Source: an uncultured Alphaproteobacteria bacterium (GTDB lineage Bacteria > Pseudomonadota > Alphaproteobacteria > Rhizobiales > Rhizobiaceae). Taken from it: 64,000 nt of DNA. This document shows positions 38,355 through 49,757 of this stretch, piece after piece (the first letter of the stretch is position 1; each line of letters starts with the position of its first letter). The notes under the pieces are model-generated. The model saw only the letters and a program-made list of their open reading frames with translations, had not been told where the DNA came from and made no database searches. The stretch covers positions 702,874-766,873 of the forward strand of contig CAVZQS010000011.1 of assembly GCA_963777425.1 (NCBI GenBank). The letters are read 5' to 3'. Position numbers and translations under genes: made by a program.

Positions 38355-40894
38355 AAACCCTCTTGCGTGACGTTTTCGGCTTTTCGATGGGAACGGCGGC
38401 TTCACGGAAACCGGTCCAAGGGTCGGTCTTGTAGGATGCAACCCGAATCGGCGTGTTCAGTACTGTAAAATAAGCCGGACCAATGCCGGAAGTGAGTTCG
38501 CCCCATTCAAGCGGCATCGAGACGGCCGCGCCTGGACGCGCACGGGTGGAATAGGGGGCGACCGCTGTGGTGCCTCGCTGGTTGCGCAGATAGTCGATGA
38601 GGATCTTTCCTCCGCGTTTTGACTTGGTGATTGTCGCGACGTACCGATCGGGACTGTCGGCGGCCATCGCATCGGCAATCGCCTTGGTGAAAGCCTTGAC
38701 CTCCGGCCACGCTGCCTTGGGCTTGACCGGGGCAACCACATGAAGGCCCTTGCCGCCTGATGTCTTCACGAACGCGTTGAGGCCGGCCTGTTCCAGTCGC
38801 TGGCGTGTTTCGTGCGCGGCCTCGATCACCTTTTCCCACGCCACGCCATCGCCGGGATCGAGGTCCATGATGATCATGTCCGGATGTTCCCAGTCCTTGA
38901 CGGTCGAACCCCATGGGTGAATTTCGAGCACGGCGGATTGAACCAGCCCTATCAGCCCGTCAAGGTCGTTGATACTGATGAGCGGCTCGTCATCCTTGTC
39001 CTTCGGATCGTTCACGAGAGCAATGTTTGGATTGAGACCTTTCCAGGCATGCTTCTGAAAGAACGACTGCCCGGTGATGCCTTCAGGACTTCTCAGAAGG
39101 GCGAGGGGCCGACCAACGACGAACGGCGAGATAAAGGGCCAGACATCGGTATAATAGTCCGCGAGCCCTTCTTTGGTGACGCCCTGTTCGGGCCAATAGA
39201 TACGATCCGGATGGGTGAGTTTCACGGTGTGCCTCTGTGGTTTGTGTTGCACCGTCGACTTTGCCGTTTCCCTTACGACCTCATGTGCAAGCTTATCTTC
39301 GCGCAGGCCCCGAAACGCTGCATGCCGCAGGTTTCCGTCGGCCGTCCAGGCACGGAACTCGACCTGAGCGACAAGCTGAGGCTTGACGTAACGTACCTGT
39401 CGCGCCGCATCTGCGCTCAGTCGTTCGGCAAAGGGACTTTCGGGCACACGAATACGTTCGAGCCTGCGGTAAACGTCTTCGGCCACGGAAGCGCTATACC
39501 CTGTGCCCACGCGACCGACATGTTCCAGCTTCTTGCCGTTGTAGACACCCATAACAAGCGAACCAATCGCCTTGCGGGACGTCGTGGATGGCACATAGCC
39601 GGCAATGACGAACTCCTGATTGCTGGGAGCATTTGGATTTGACCCAGCTTTTGCCGCGACCAGAGCGGTATGGAGCGTTGTGCAATTTGGAAACAATCCC
39701 TTCAAGGCCAAGACGGCAGGCATGGTCACGGATAAGAGCGCCATCGCCTTCGAAATGCTCGCTGTAGCGAATCTGCGTCGAAGCGTTGGCAACGAGGCTC
39801 TGTAACATGGACTTGCGCTCGGTGAGGGGCAGCGCTTGCAAATCATACCCGTCGAGATAGAGAAGGTCGAAAACGTAGAAAATGAAACGGTCGGTCCGGT
39901 CTGCGCTGAGATCGGCCTGAAGCGCTGAGAAATCCGATGCACCGGCATTGTTCTCCACTACCAGCTCACCGTCGATCAATGCGGTGCCAATGGGCAATTC
40001 CTGGAAAGCGGCCATGATCTGCTTGCCGAATTTTTTGGTCCAGTCCAGGCCGGTGCGAGTCAAGAGTTTGACACGGCCGGCCTCAATCCGGACCTGCAGG
40101 CGATAGCCGTCGAACTTTATCTCATGAATCCAGCGTTCGCCCTTTGGCGGGCTCGGAGTGAGCGTAGCCAATGTCGGCTCGACGAAATCGGGAAGGCGGG
40201 CCTTCTTTGCTCCCTTGATGCTTGATGGATCGGGAACGCTGGTTTCGGGTGCTACGGATTTTTTTAAAGTCTTTGATTTTGCCGTGCTCTTGTCGATCTT
40301 GCCTGTCTTCGACGACCACCCCGGTGCTTCGCCCGCGACATCGGCAATCTGACGGCCGGTCTTCACAGATTTGGGCATCTCTTCAAGAATATCCGGATCG
40401 CCTTCTGAGCGGGCGGCTTCGTCTTCGCCCTTGATCAGCAGCCAATTTTCGCGCTTTTCACGCGGCTTGCCATGCATGCGAACCAGGTGCCACCGGCCGG
40501 AGAGTTTCTTGCCGTGCAGTTCGAATTCCAGATGGCCCTTGGCATAGCCGCGGTCGGGATCGAACACAGGTGTCCATATACCGCTGTCCCAGATGATTAC
40601 GGTGCCACCGCCATATTCGCCTTTGGGGATCGTTCCTTCAAAGTCACCATATTCGAGCGGATGATCTTCGACGTGAACCGCCAGCCGTTTCTCTCCGGGA
40701 ACAAGACTGGGACCGCGGGTGACGGCCCAGCTCTTTAGAACGCCATGCATTTCCAGGCGGAAATCATAATGCAGCCGTCTTGCGTCGTGTTTTTGGACGA
40801 CGAAGCTGTTTCCCGATTTGCGCGCCTTGCGGCCTTTGGGCTCGGATGTTGTCTTGAAATCACGTTTCTTACGGTAGGTTTCAAGCGCGACCAT
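38353..40894 (-). CDS. ligD: DNA ligase D (phosphoesterase-ligase-polymerase); +1 frameshift near 39626
   Basis: VQKHDARRLHYDFRLE (PE), EIKFDGYR (ligase), DLDP/KTSGGKGLH/DYLRN (Pol); joins two ORFs at KSKCS/SNQEF. Confidence 0.95.
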
Positions 40895-40906
40895 GGATTA
40901 GAGCCT

Positions 40907-41740
40907 CTAACTCGCTTTTCGCCGCGCAGGCTCCGTCTTGGTTTTCTTCGTCGCGGCTGGTTTCTTTGCCAGGCCCGCACTTTCGCGCAAAGCCTGCATG
41001 AGATCGACAACCTTTTCGGATTTCGCGGGCTTCCTCGCCGGAATAGGCTTGCCCTCAAGTTTCGCCTTGACCATTTCCGCCAAGGCAACCTCGTAGCGAT
41101 CCTTGTACTGGGACGGATCGAAGGTGCCGTGCTTCGTCTCGATGATGTGTTTGGCAAGGTCGAGCATCTCGCCCTTGATCTTCATATCCGGAACGTCACT
41201 GAAGGCGTCCTTGGCCGAGCGCACCTCGTAGTCGAAGTTCAGTGTCGTGGCGATCAGTCCGGAATCCTCGGCGCGGATGAGGAGCGTGCGGACACGCCGG
41301 AACAGCACAGTCTGGGCAAGGGCCGCTACCTTCCTGGCTTTCAGACCGTCTCTAATAAGTGCAAAGGCTTCCTGGCCAAGCTTGTCGCTTGGCGTGAGAT
41401 AGTACGGCTTGTCGAAATAGACATGGTCGAGTTCGTCGTAGGAAATGAAGGCTTCGACCGCCAGCGTCTTGTCGCTATCGGGAACGGCAGCGGCCACCTC
41501 TTCAGGTTCCAGCACGATGTATTCGCCACTGCCAACCTCATAGCCCTTGACCTGATCTTCACGCTCCACCGGCTTGCCAGTGTCGCTGTCGATGAACTGG
41601 CGCTGGACGCGGTGACCGGTCGAGCGATTGAGGGTGTGGAAGGCTATACGATCAGACGTTGAAGCGGCGGTATAAAGGGCAACGGGGCAGGTAAGCTCCG
41701 CAACCTTCAGAAAGCCCTTCCAGTTCGCACGTGGCGCCAA
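40907..41740 (-). CDS. ku: Second Ku paralog, co-transcribed with ligD
   Basis: WKGFLKVAELTCPV, YFDKPYYL, VVDLMQALRES; TTG start may be an ATG with an inserted T. Confidence 0.95.
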   Translation of the reverse strand: MAPRANWKGFLKVAELTCPVALYTAASTSDRIAFHTLNRSTGHRVQRQFIDSDTGKPVEREDQVKGYEVGSGEYIVLEPEEVAAAVPDSDKTLAVEAFISYDELDHVYFDKPYYLTPSDKLGQEAFALIRDGLKARKVAALAQTVLFRRVRTLLIRAEDSGLIATTLNFDYEVRSAKDAFSDVPDMKIKGEMLDLAKHIIETKHGTFDPSQYKDRYEVALAEMVKAKLEGKPIPARKPAKSEKVVDLMQALRESAGLAKKPAATKKTKTEPARRKAS

Positions 41741-41768
41741 TACTCAACTCCCTTTGGCTACCGTGAGG

Positions 41769-41793
41769 AATGCCGGAGACTGCATTTGGTTCC
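41769..41793 (-). promoter_or_regulatory. EcfG/RpoE2 promoter for ku-ligD
   Basis: Minus strand GGAAC-N16-CATT, 28 nt before the start. Confidence 0.72.
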
Positions 41794-41822
41794 GATTGGA
41801 GAGCCCATTATGCCCAAATCAT

Positions 41823-43111
41823 CTAGATTTGGATAGTGCGTGCTTTCACATGCGTGGCGCGCCCCGCTCCCCAGCCGAATATTGCGACACCGAGACCGAG
41901 GAGGACGAAGAGGATTGCCGTTGCGCCATAGGTCCCGGTCAGACTGTGAATGAGACCGACAAGGAGTGGACCAACTGCTGCCAAGATGTAGCCAACACAC
42001 TGCGCCATCCCCGAAAGATGGGCGGCTACGTGGGCATCCCCAGACCGGAGCACGATGATGGTCATGGCAACGGCAATGAGCCCGCCTTGTCCCATGCCTT
42101 GCACAACTGCCCAGAGCCAAACCATCGACAGGGGGGCAAAAAGGAAGCCCAGCAGACCCGTTACCGCCAAGGTGATCAGCGCGACGTTGATGAGCCGCTG
42201 GTCCTTGCAGCGCACAGCGATCGACGGCACGAGCAGACAGGTGAAAACCTGCGCCATGACAGAAACGGATACCACGACGCCCGCCGTTACGCCGTCGAGA
42301 CCGCGGTCGCGCAGGATCGGCGCAAGCCAGCCAAAGACACAGTAAGCCAGGGCCGACTGAAGGCCCATGAACAACGTGACCTGCCAGGCAAGCCGATCGC
42401 GCCAAAGGCCCTCGACCCTGAAGCCGGCATGTTTCGTCCTGACTTTTCTAAAGAAGGCGTGCGGGAACCAGATCAGCGCGACAAGAAGCGCCGGCAACGC
42501 CCAGGCTCCAAGCGCCAGCGACCATGAACCACCCAGCATCCGTTGCAAAGGTACGGTCAATCCAGCCGCGCTGGCTGCTCCCGCGCACAGCGCCATGGTG
42601 TAGAGCCCCGTCATCATTCCGGTTCTGCTGGCGAAATCGCGTTTTACGAGACCCGGGAGCAAAACATTGCCAGTTGCAATGCAAGCGCCGGCAAGTGCGG
42701 TTCCAAGGAAAAGCAGTGGCAACGACCCGAAACCGCGCAAAGCGGTGCCAAGGGCCAGAAGCAGCAGGACGCCCAGCAGCGTGCGCTCAGCGCCAATACG
42801 CTGTGCCAGCCTCGGCGCGAGCGGGGCGAATACGCCGAGGCAGACGAACGGGCAGGGTCGTCAGCACACCAGCTCCGAAAGGAGGATAGGCCCGTTTGCT
42901 CGATGATCTCCGGCAGCAGCGCGGATGCACTCGAAAAGATCGGGCGGAGATTGAAAGCAATAAGAACAAGACTGAAGCCGGTGAGGATCTGTGCGGCGCG
43001 GCTCGTGAAAACCGGAGGTCTGGGCTGCGGAACGCTGTCGGTTTCAGCATCTATCAGCTGGTCGCTGGTGATGCTATCGGGCAGTGGGTCGGGGGAAAGA
43101 TGCTTGTTCAT
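41823..43111 (-). CDS. CynX/NimT-family MFS transporter; two apparent +1 frameshifts about 42845-42880
   Basis: AFNLRP, GNVLLPGLVKRDF, LAWQVTLFMGLQS, LSGMAQCVGY. Confidence 0.88.
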
Positions 43112-43783
43112 GCGAGAAGCCGATCGAGTTCGGTAAGAATGGGGGCCATGAAAGCGCGGGTCGTGGAAGCAGCTCGTGTCGGGATCGCCCGAAGCGATTG
43201 CATCGACAATGGATAGGTGTGACGCCATATCCGGTTCAGGAAGTTCGCCCGTAACGGTCGCCTTGATGACCTCCTGGATCGAGGTCGAGAAAAACTCGTA
43301 AACCTCCACCAGGGCATGATTGCCAGATGCCGCGACCACCGCCTTGTGGAAGGCAAGATCGCGCTCAACATAGAGGTCGTGCCGGGCGGCGTCATATTCA
43401 CCGCGGCTGGCGAGCAGTTGGCGTAGCCTCGAGATGATCTCGGGGGTGTGACGCGTTGCGGCGAGGCGTGCTGCCTCAACCTCAAGTGCGCATCGGGTCT
43501 CAACCTGGTCGCGAAGTCCGGTCCGCCGGATTCGCAAAAAATGTTCATCAATATCGACCACGGACTGGACATAAGTACCGGACCCTTGCCTTGTCTCAAG
43601 GAAGCCTTGGGCAACAAGCACCCGGACGGCTTCCCTTACTGTACCGCGGCTGACACCGAGCATCTCGGCAAGGGTAGCTTCGTTCGGAATGCGGTCGCCG
43701 ATCAGCCAGCGATTGGCCGTGATTTCCGCGCGGATACTATGAACCGCGGTGTCTGCCAGATTTGTGCGGGCTACGGGTTGCAT
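43108..43783 (-). CDS. FadR/GntR-family regulator; +1 frameshift near 43175
   Basis: IPNEATLAEMLGVSRGTVREA, QGSGTYV, DLAFHKAVVAASGN; ATGA overlap with the MFS gene. Confidence 0.9.
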
Positions 43784-43797
43784 TGCCAAGTCCTAAG

Positions 43798-43810
43798 GTC
43801 ATCGGATGAC
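43798..43810. promoter_or_regulatory. Candidate FadR/GntR autoregulatory operator
   Basis: Palindrome GTCATC-G-GATGAC just upstream of the start. Confidence 0.6.
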
Positions 43811-44118
43811 TTGACTACTAGGAGTTCATGAATGCGAAGTCAACACGCAATTGTGACACTGACGGGTGCGCTGAAACCAAAGTTGATCGATTCCGAGGCC
43901 ATTGGTTGCTGTCGAATTGCCAGGACGGATGTCCGCCGCGATGGGGGACCGGATACATGCCGTTCGTCGCAATTGGCGGTGACAAGAAGTGACTGGAATC
44001 GTTGAACATCTGGCTTTGCCCCGCTCGCATCACGTTAGGTAGGCGGTTAACTTAATGGTTTTAGAGAGATTTTCGATTCTGGTATCCCGTCTGGCTGGCC
44101 AAAAATGGCGCTACAGAA

Positions 44119-44162
44119 CTGTTACATTGCTGTCATATGACTGTAATAAACCTTCTATAGAC
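44119..44162 (+). promoter_or_regulatory. Pho boxes (four 11-bp direct-repeat units) upstream of pstS
   Basis: CTGTTACATTG CTGTCATATGA CTGTAATAAAC CTTCTATAGAC. Confidence 0.88.
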
Positions 44163-44214
44163 CGCAGACGACGTCGGAGGCGTCACAAGAATTAAACCAA
44201 CAGGAGCTGCTCCT

Positions 44215-45262
44215 ATGAACAAGCTATTTTCCACGGCCGCTGTGCTAGCAATTGCGGTGGCCGCATCGACAGTTGGCGCATCTGCCCGCGACCAAATCCA
44301 GGTTTCAGGCTCCTCGACGGTGCTGCCATATGCCAAGATCGTTGCTGAATCTTTCGGTGAGACATTCCCAGATTTCAAAACGCCAGTCGTTGAATCCGGC
44401 GGTTCCGGCGCAGGCATCAAGGAATTCTGCAAGGGCGTTGGCGAAGAAACCATCGACATTGCAAACTCTTCCCGTGCGATCAAGGACACTGAATTGAAGT
44501 CCTGCGTTGACGCAGGCGTCAAGGACGTCCAGGAAGTCCGTATCGGCTATGATGGCATCGTCTTTGCGACAGATATCAAGGGTCCGGACTGGAAGCTGAC
44601 CCCGAAGGACGTCTATCTGGCGCTCGCAGCCCAGGTCATCGTTGACGGCAAGCTCGTCAACAACCCAAACACCAAATGGAACCAGGTCAATTCGGCTCTT
44701 CCTGATTGGGACATCGCCGCCTACATCCCGGGCGAAAAGCACGGCACACGCGAAGTCTTCGAAGAGAAGCTCCTGACCGCTGGCTGCAAGGCAAGTGGTG
44801 CTACCGATACCATCAAGACGCTAGGTCTGGATGAAAAGGCCGCCGCCGCAGCCTGCGTCAAGGTTCGCAAGGACGGCAAGGCAATCGACATCGATGGCGA
44901 CTATGCAGAAACATTGGCTCGCATCGATGCGAACAAGACTGGTGTTGGTGTATTCGGCCTCGCCTTCTACGAGAACAATGCCGACAAGCTGAAGGTTGCT
45001 ACTGTATCGGACGTCGTGCCGAGCACGGAGACAATCTCGTCGGGCAAGTATCCGGTTTCGCGTCCGCTGTTCTTCTATGTTAAGAAGGCACATCTTGGTG
45101 TCATTCCTGGCCTGAAGGAATATGTCGAATTCTTCCTTAACGGACCAGATGATCGGCGACGACAGCCCGCTCGTCGAATATGGCCTGGTTGCCGCACCAG
45201 AAGCAGAACGCAAAGCCCAGCGCGATGCCTTTGCTGCTGGCACGACAATGAAGTTGAAGTAA
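44215..45262 (+). CDS. pstS: Phosphate ABC substrate-binding protein; +1 frameshift near 45143
   Basis: GSSTVLP, SGGSGAG, HGTREVF, YPVSRPLFFY; shifted frame gives DQMIGDDSPLVEYGL...K* ending 45262. Confidence 0.93.
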
Positions 45263-45274
45263 GACTGAAACTGT

Positions 45275-45304
45275 GTATGCGGGTGGCGCTTGTCGCCCGC
45301 ATAC
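45275..45304 (+). other. Stem-loop between pstS and pstC
   Basis: gtatgcggg-N12-cccgcatac. Confidence 0.7.
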
Positions 45305-45349
45305 CTGCCAAGAACTTATGAATTTGCGGGACAGATCGGGGAAGCTTTG

Positions 45350-46821
45350 ATGTCCACTTCATTGGTATTTTTGATTGTCGTTGCGATTGGTGTTGTCGGA
45401 TACTTCCTCGGGCGCCAGCGCGCGCTCAGCAAAGATAGTGGAAGCGTCAAACCACATTCCCTGCCGCATTATCATGGCTGGTGGGTTTTCCTGGCGTCTG
45501 CCTTGCCCGCGATCCTGTTCCTTGCCGTGTGGGCAGCTGCCACCAGCCTCTACCTGGAACGCACCGCGATCGCTGAACTGCCGGAGCGCACAGCCGACAC
45601 TGTCATTGCCAGCCAAAGTCTTGAACTTGGCATGGTCAGCGGCATAGCGCGCGGGCTCAACAAACTCAGCAGCGAAGAGAAAGCCAACCTGCCGCAAACC
45701 TTGGTTGCGCCGAATTGCGTCCGCTTCTCTCGGCAAAGGGCGTTGCGCTCGCGCCGGACGGTCAGGATTATATGATCCCAATAGCTGTCGAGTGGAACAA
45801 GAACTCGGTACGGGCGAATACTATTGGTGGTATTATCGCGCTCGTTCTCGCCGTCGCCGGCGCGATCTTTGGACTTTCCGGTGTCCAAGTGAGGGCCCGT
45901 GCTCGCAACAATGTCGAGCGTGTCATTCTAGGCGCACTGCTTGCTGCCTCCACTATCGCCATCCTTACGACCGTTGGTATCATCCTGTCGATGCTCTTCC
46001 AGACGATGACGTTCTTCCAATCGGTTTCGCCTGCAAGCTTCTTTTTCGGCACGGTTTGGGATCCTCGTTTCGCCGCGGCGGGAGCGGAAGGATCGCAGGG
46101 CCAGTTCGGTTTGATCCCGCTGCTTGCCGGTACGATCTACATCGCATTTGTGGCCATGCTGTTCGCCGTGCCGGTCGGGCTGTTCTCGGCAATCTACATG
46201 GCTGAGTATGCCAGCCCAAAGGTGCGCTCAATCGTCAAGCCCCTGCTTGAAGTGCTCGCTGGTATCCCGACGATCGTCTACGGCTTCTTTGCGCTCGTAA
46301 CCGTTGGTCCGTTCCTGCGCGACCTCAGCGCGGCGCTTTCCGGCGGTTATTCTTTCATCCAGGCGCAGAGCGTCCTGACTGCCGGTATCGTGATGGGTGT
46401 CATGCTGATCCCCTTCGTTTCATCGCTTTCGGACGATATCATTACTGCTGTTCCGGGATCTCTCCGCGACGGCTCGCTCGGGCTTGGCTCAACGCGCTCG
46501 GAAACGATCCGCCGCGTGGTCTTGCCAGCCGCCTTGCCCGGCATCGTCGGCGCGCTGCTGCTGACCGCGTCGCGTGCGATTGGCGAGACGATGATCGTGG
46601 TGCTGGCAGCCGGTGTTGCGGCCAACATCAACATCAATCCTTTCGACGCGATGACGACAATCACTGTCAAGATCGTCAACCAGTTGACGGGCGACCTGGA
46701 GTTCAACTCACCGCAAACGCTGGTTGCTTTTGCCCTTGGCCTTTCACTCTTCTTCATTACGCTGGCGATGAACATTTTCGCGCTCTACATCGTGCGCAAA
46801 TACCGGGAGCAGTACGAATGA
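45350..46821 (+). CDS. pstC: Phosphate ABC permease PstC; frameshift near 45705
   Basis: PHSLPHYHG N-terminus; LAGIPTIVYGFF, SRAIGETMIV. Confidence 0.93.
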
Positions 46822-48134
46822 CCGACATAGCCCTCAATCCTGCTGCCATCTCGGCCAAACCGACTCGTCGCGATATTGGTCTTAAGCGCCGCTACGCGGC
46901 CGAACGCCGGTTCAAGCTCTACGGAATCACGGCGATCGCCATCGGCATTTTCTTTCTGTGCGCCTTGCTCTATTCGGTGCTGTCCAATGGCTACACCGCA
47001 TTCTGGCAGACAGAGGTCAATCTTTCGATCAATCTTGATCCGAAAATCATTGATCCCGACAACAAGCGGGCGACGGATCCCAATGTTCTCCTGACTGCAA
47101 ACTATCCGGTTCTGGCGCGTAATGCGCTTGCCGAAAAGCTCGGCGTGAGCTCGAGCGACCGGGCAGGTTTGCGTGAACTTGGCAAACTGTTCTCTGAAGG
47201 CGTTCGCGGTCAATTGCGCGAATTGGTTGTCAAAAATCCTTCGCTGATTGGCACGACGCAGAACGTCTGGGTGCTGACCGGCGCCGACATCGATTCCGCC
47301 TTCAAGGGCCAGATCGATCTTGGCGTAGACCAGAGCCGCCGCAAGGTTTCCGACAAACAGGTCGAGTGGATGGACAAGCTCAAGAGCGAGGGTGTCATGG
47401 CCCAGCGCTTCAATACGGGCCTGTTCACCTATGGTGCATCCAGCCGGCCTGAGACCTCCGGCCTTGGGGTCGCACTGATCGGGTCGCTGTATATGATGCT
47501 GATCGTGCTGTCCCTTTCGCTTCCGATCGGTGTTGCTGCTTCGATCTACCTTGAAGAGTATGCCAAGAAGAGCCGGCTCACCGATATTATCGAGGTCAAT
47601 ATCAACAATCTTGCGGCTGTTCCTTCAATCGTTTTCGGTCTTCTGGGGCTCGCCGTATTCATCAACTTCTTCCACTTGCCGCGTTCGGCTTCATTGGTTG
47701 GCGGACTTGTCCTGACATTGATGACGCTGCCCACTATCATCATCGCCACACGCGCCGCTCTTCGAGCCGTTCCACCCTCCATCCGCGCTGCGGCGCTTGG
47801 GATTGGGGCGTCCAAGACACAGATGGTGTTTCATCACGTGTTGCCCCTCGCTGCACCTGGCATCCTGACAGGCACAATCATCGGACTTGCCCATGCGCTG
47901 GGTGAAACAGCGCCTCTGCTCCTGATCGGCATGGTGGCCTTTGTTGCCAACAGTCCGGTCACCCCGCTCGACCCTGCCACGGCGCTTCCGGTACAAATCT
48001 ACATGTGGGCCAATGAGGCGGAACGGGCCTTTGTTGAGCGGACCTCCGGCGCTATCATCGTGCTGTTGCTTTTCCTCGCGGTCATGAACATCACAGCAAT
48101 CATTCTGCGTCGCCGCTTTGAGCGTCGCTGGTAA
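46818..48134 (+). CDS. pstA: Phosphate ABC permease PstA
   Basis: [22 protein letters not shown]. Confidence 0.96.
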   Translation: MTDIALNPAAISAKPTRRDIGLKRRYAAERRFKLYGITAIAIGIFFLCALLYSVLSNGYTAFWQTEVNLSINLDPKIIDPDNKRATDPNVLLTANYPVLARNALAEKLGVSSSDRAGLRELGKLFSEGVRGQLRELVVKNPSLIGTTQNVWVLTGADIDSAFKGQIDLGVDQSRRKVSDKQVEWMDKLKSEGVMAQRFNTGLFTYGASSRPETSGLGVALIGSLYMMLIVLSLSLPIGVAASIYLEEYAKKSRLTDIIEVNINNLAAVPSIVFGLLGLAVFINFFHLPRSASLVGGLVLTLMTLPTIIIATRAALRAVPPSIRAAALGIGASKTQMVFHHVLPLAAPGILTGTIIGLAHALGETAPLLLIGMVAFVANSPVTPLDPATALPVQIYMWANEAERAFVERTSGAIIVLLLFLAVMNITAIILRRRFERRW

Positions 48135-48151
48135 AGGGAAAGGCTCTGGCT

Positions 48152-48975
48152 ATGAACCTGATGACAGAACGAAATCTCGAAAAAGCGGTAAACGACAAAA
48201 TGAACGCCCAGCCCAATGCAATCAAAATGCAAGGTAAGGATGTCACCGTTCACTATGGTGACAAACAGGCCCTGTTCGGTGTCAGCCTCGATGTGCCGGA
48301 GAAGATGGTCACTGCGCTCATCGGTCCATCCGGCTGTGGCAAGTCCACGTTTCTACGCAGTCTCAACCGCATGAACGACACGATTGAAGGTTGCAAAATC
48401 GGTGGCAAGATCACGCTTGATGACGAGGATATCTATAATCCGAAGATCGATGTCGTCGAGCTACGTGCTCGTGTGGGCATGGTTTTCCAGAAGCCCAACC
48501 CATTCCCGAAATCCATTTTCGAGAACGTTGCTTACGGCCCGCGGATTCACGGGTTGGCCAAGAATCGCCAGGCAGCTTGACGAAATAGTCGAGAAGAGCC
48601 TTCGCCGCGCCAGGCCTGTTTGACGAAGTGAAGGATCGCCTGCACGAGGCAGGTACAGGCCTTTCTGGCGGCCAACAGCAACGCCTTTGCATTGCTCGTG
48701 CGATCGCGGTCAGCCCGGAAGTGATCCTCATGGACGAACCGTGCTCAGCGCTGGATCCCATCGCCACTGCCAAAGTGGAAGAATTGATCGATGAGCTGCG
48801 GCAGAACTACACGATCGTCATCGTAACCCACTCGATGCAGCAGGCTGCACGTGTTTCGCAGCGGACCGCAATGTTCCATCTCGGAAATCTGGTCGAGGTG
48901 GGCGATACGGAAATGATGTTCACCAACCCGACCGAAAAGCGGACGCAGGACTACATTACCGGGCGCTTCGGCTGA
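48152..48975 (+). CDS. pstB: Phosphate ABC ATPase PstB; two +1 frameshifts about 48572-48612
   Basis: [40 protein letters not shown]. Confidence 0.94.
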
Positions 48976-49007
48976 TCGAGCTTCGACCCAGGGAACGAGG
49001 AAAACAA

Positions 49008-49730
49008 ATGACCGAATCGCAATCGCAACACACCGTCCGTTCCTACGACGATGAACTGAAGTTTCTGACCCACAAGATCGCAGAGATGGGCGGTCATGCA
49101 GAACGCATGGTCGAACAGTCGATTACTGCCATGGTCAATTCCGACAATGCGCTGGCGCAGCGGGTCATCTCGGATGACCTGATCCTCGACGCGGGTCAGC
49201 GGGAAATCGACGAGAAGGCCATAACCATTATCGGCAAACGCCAGCCCATGGCGATCGACCTTCGCGAGATCATCGGCACGATCCGCATATCTTCAGATCT
49301 CGAGCGTATTGGCGATCTCGGCAAGAATATCGCCAAGCGCGTCGTTGCGGTGACTGACACCCGCCAAACGATTTCAGTCTATCGCGGATTGCAGACCATC
49401 GCGGAACTCGCTTTGACGCAGCTGAAGGACGTACTCGATGCTTATGCGACGCGCTCAGTTCAGCAGGTAAACATCGTGCGTGAGCGCGACGACGAGATCG
49501 ATGCTCTCTATACCTCGCTGTTCCGCGAACTCCTGACCTATATGATGGAGGATCCACGCAACATCTCGGCGTGCACGCATCTGCTTTTCTGCGCCAAGAA
49601 CATCGAACGTATTGGCGACCACGCCACCAACATTGCCGAGACGGTCTACTACATCGTCACCGGCGAGCAGCTGCCCACTGAAAGGCCGAAGGAAGACCAG
49701 ACTCACACCATCACTGTCGACGAACCCTAG
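49008..49730 (+). CDS. phoU: Phosphate signalling protein PhoU
   Basis: QPMAIDLR, DLERIGD, NIERIGDHATNIAE. Confidence 0.97.
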   Translation: MTESQSQHTVRSYDDELKFLTHKIAEMGGHAERMVEQSITAMVNSDNALAQRVISDDLILDAGQREIDEKAITIIGKRQPMAIDLREIIGTIRISSDLERIGDLGKNIAKRVVAVTDTRQTISVYRGLQTIAELALTQLKDVLDAYATRSVQQVNIVRERDDEIDALYTSLFRELLTYMMEDPRNISACTHLLFCAKNIERIGDHATNIAETVYYIVTGEQLPTERPKEDQTHTITVDEP

Positions 49731-49757
49731 CATCCGTGAATTTGACGAAGACAGACC

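Noticed and set aside
39494-39948. Split ligD or programmed frameshift producing separate ligase and polymerase proteins
   Set aside because: Break falls inside the ligase domain, has no slippery site, and matches the window-wide +1 error pattern
20223-41662. Long antisense ORFs (e.g. 20223..21062, 27434..28336, 38812..39642, 40745..41662)
   Set aside because: Overlap well-supported genes on the opposite strand; expected from GC-rich codon bias; no motifs
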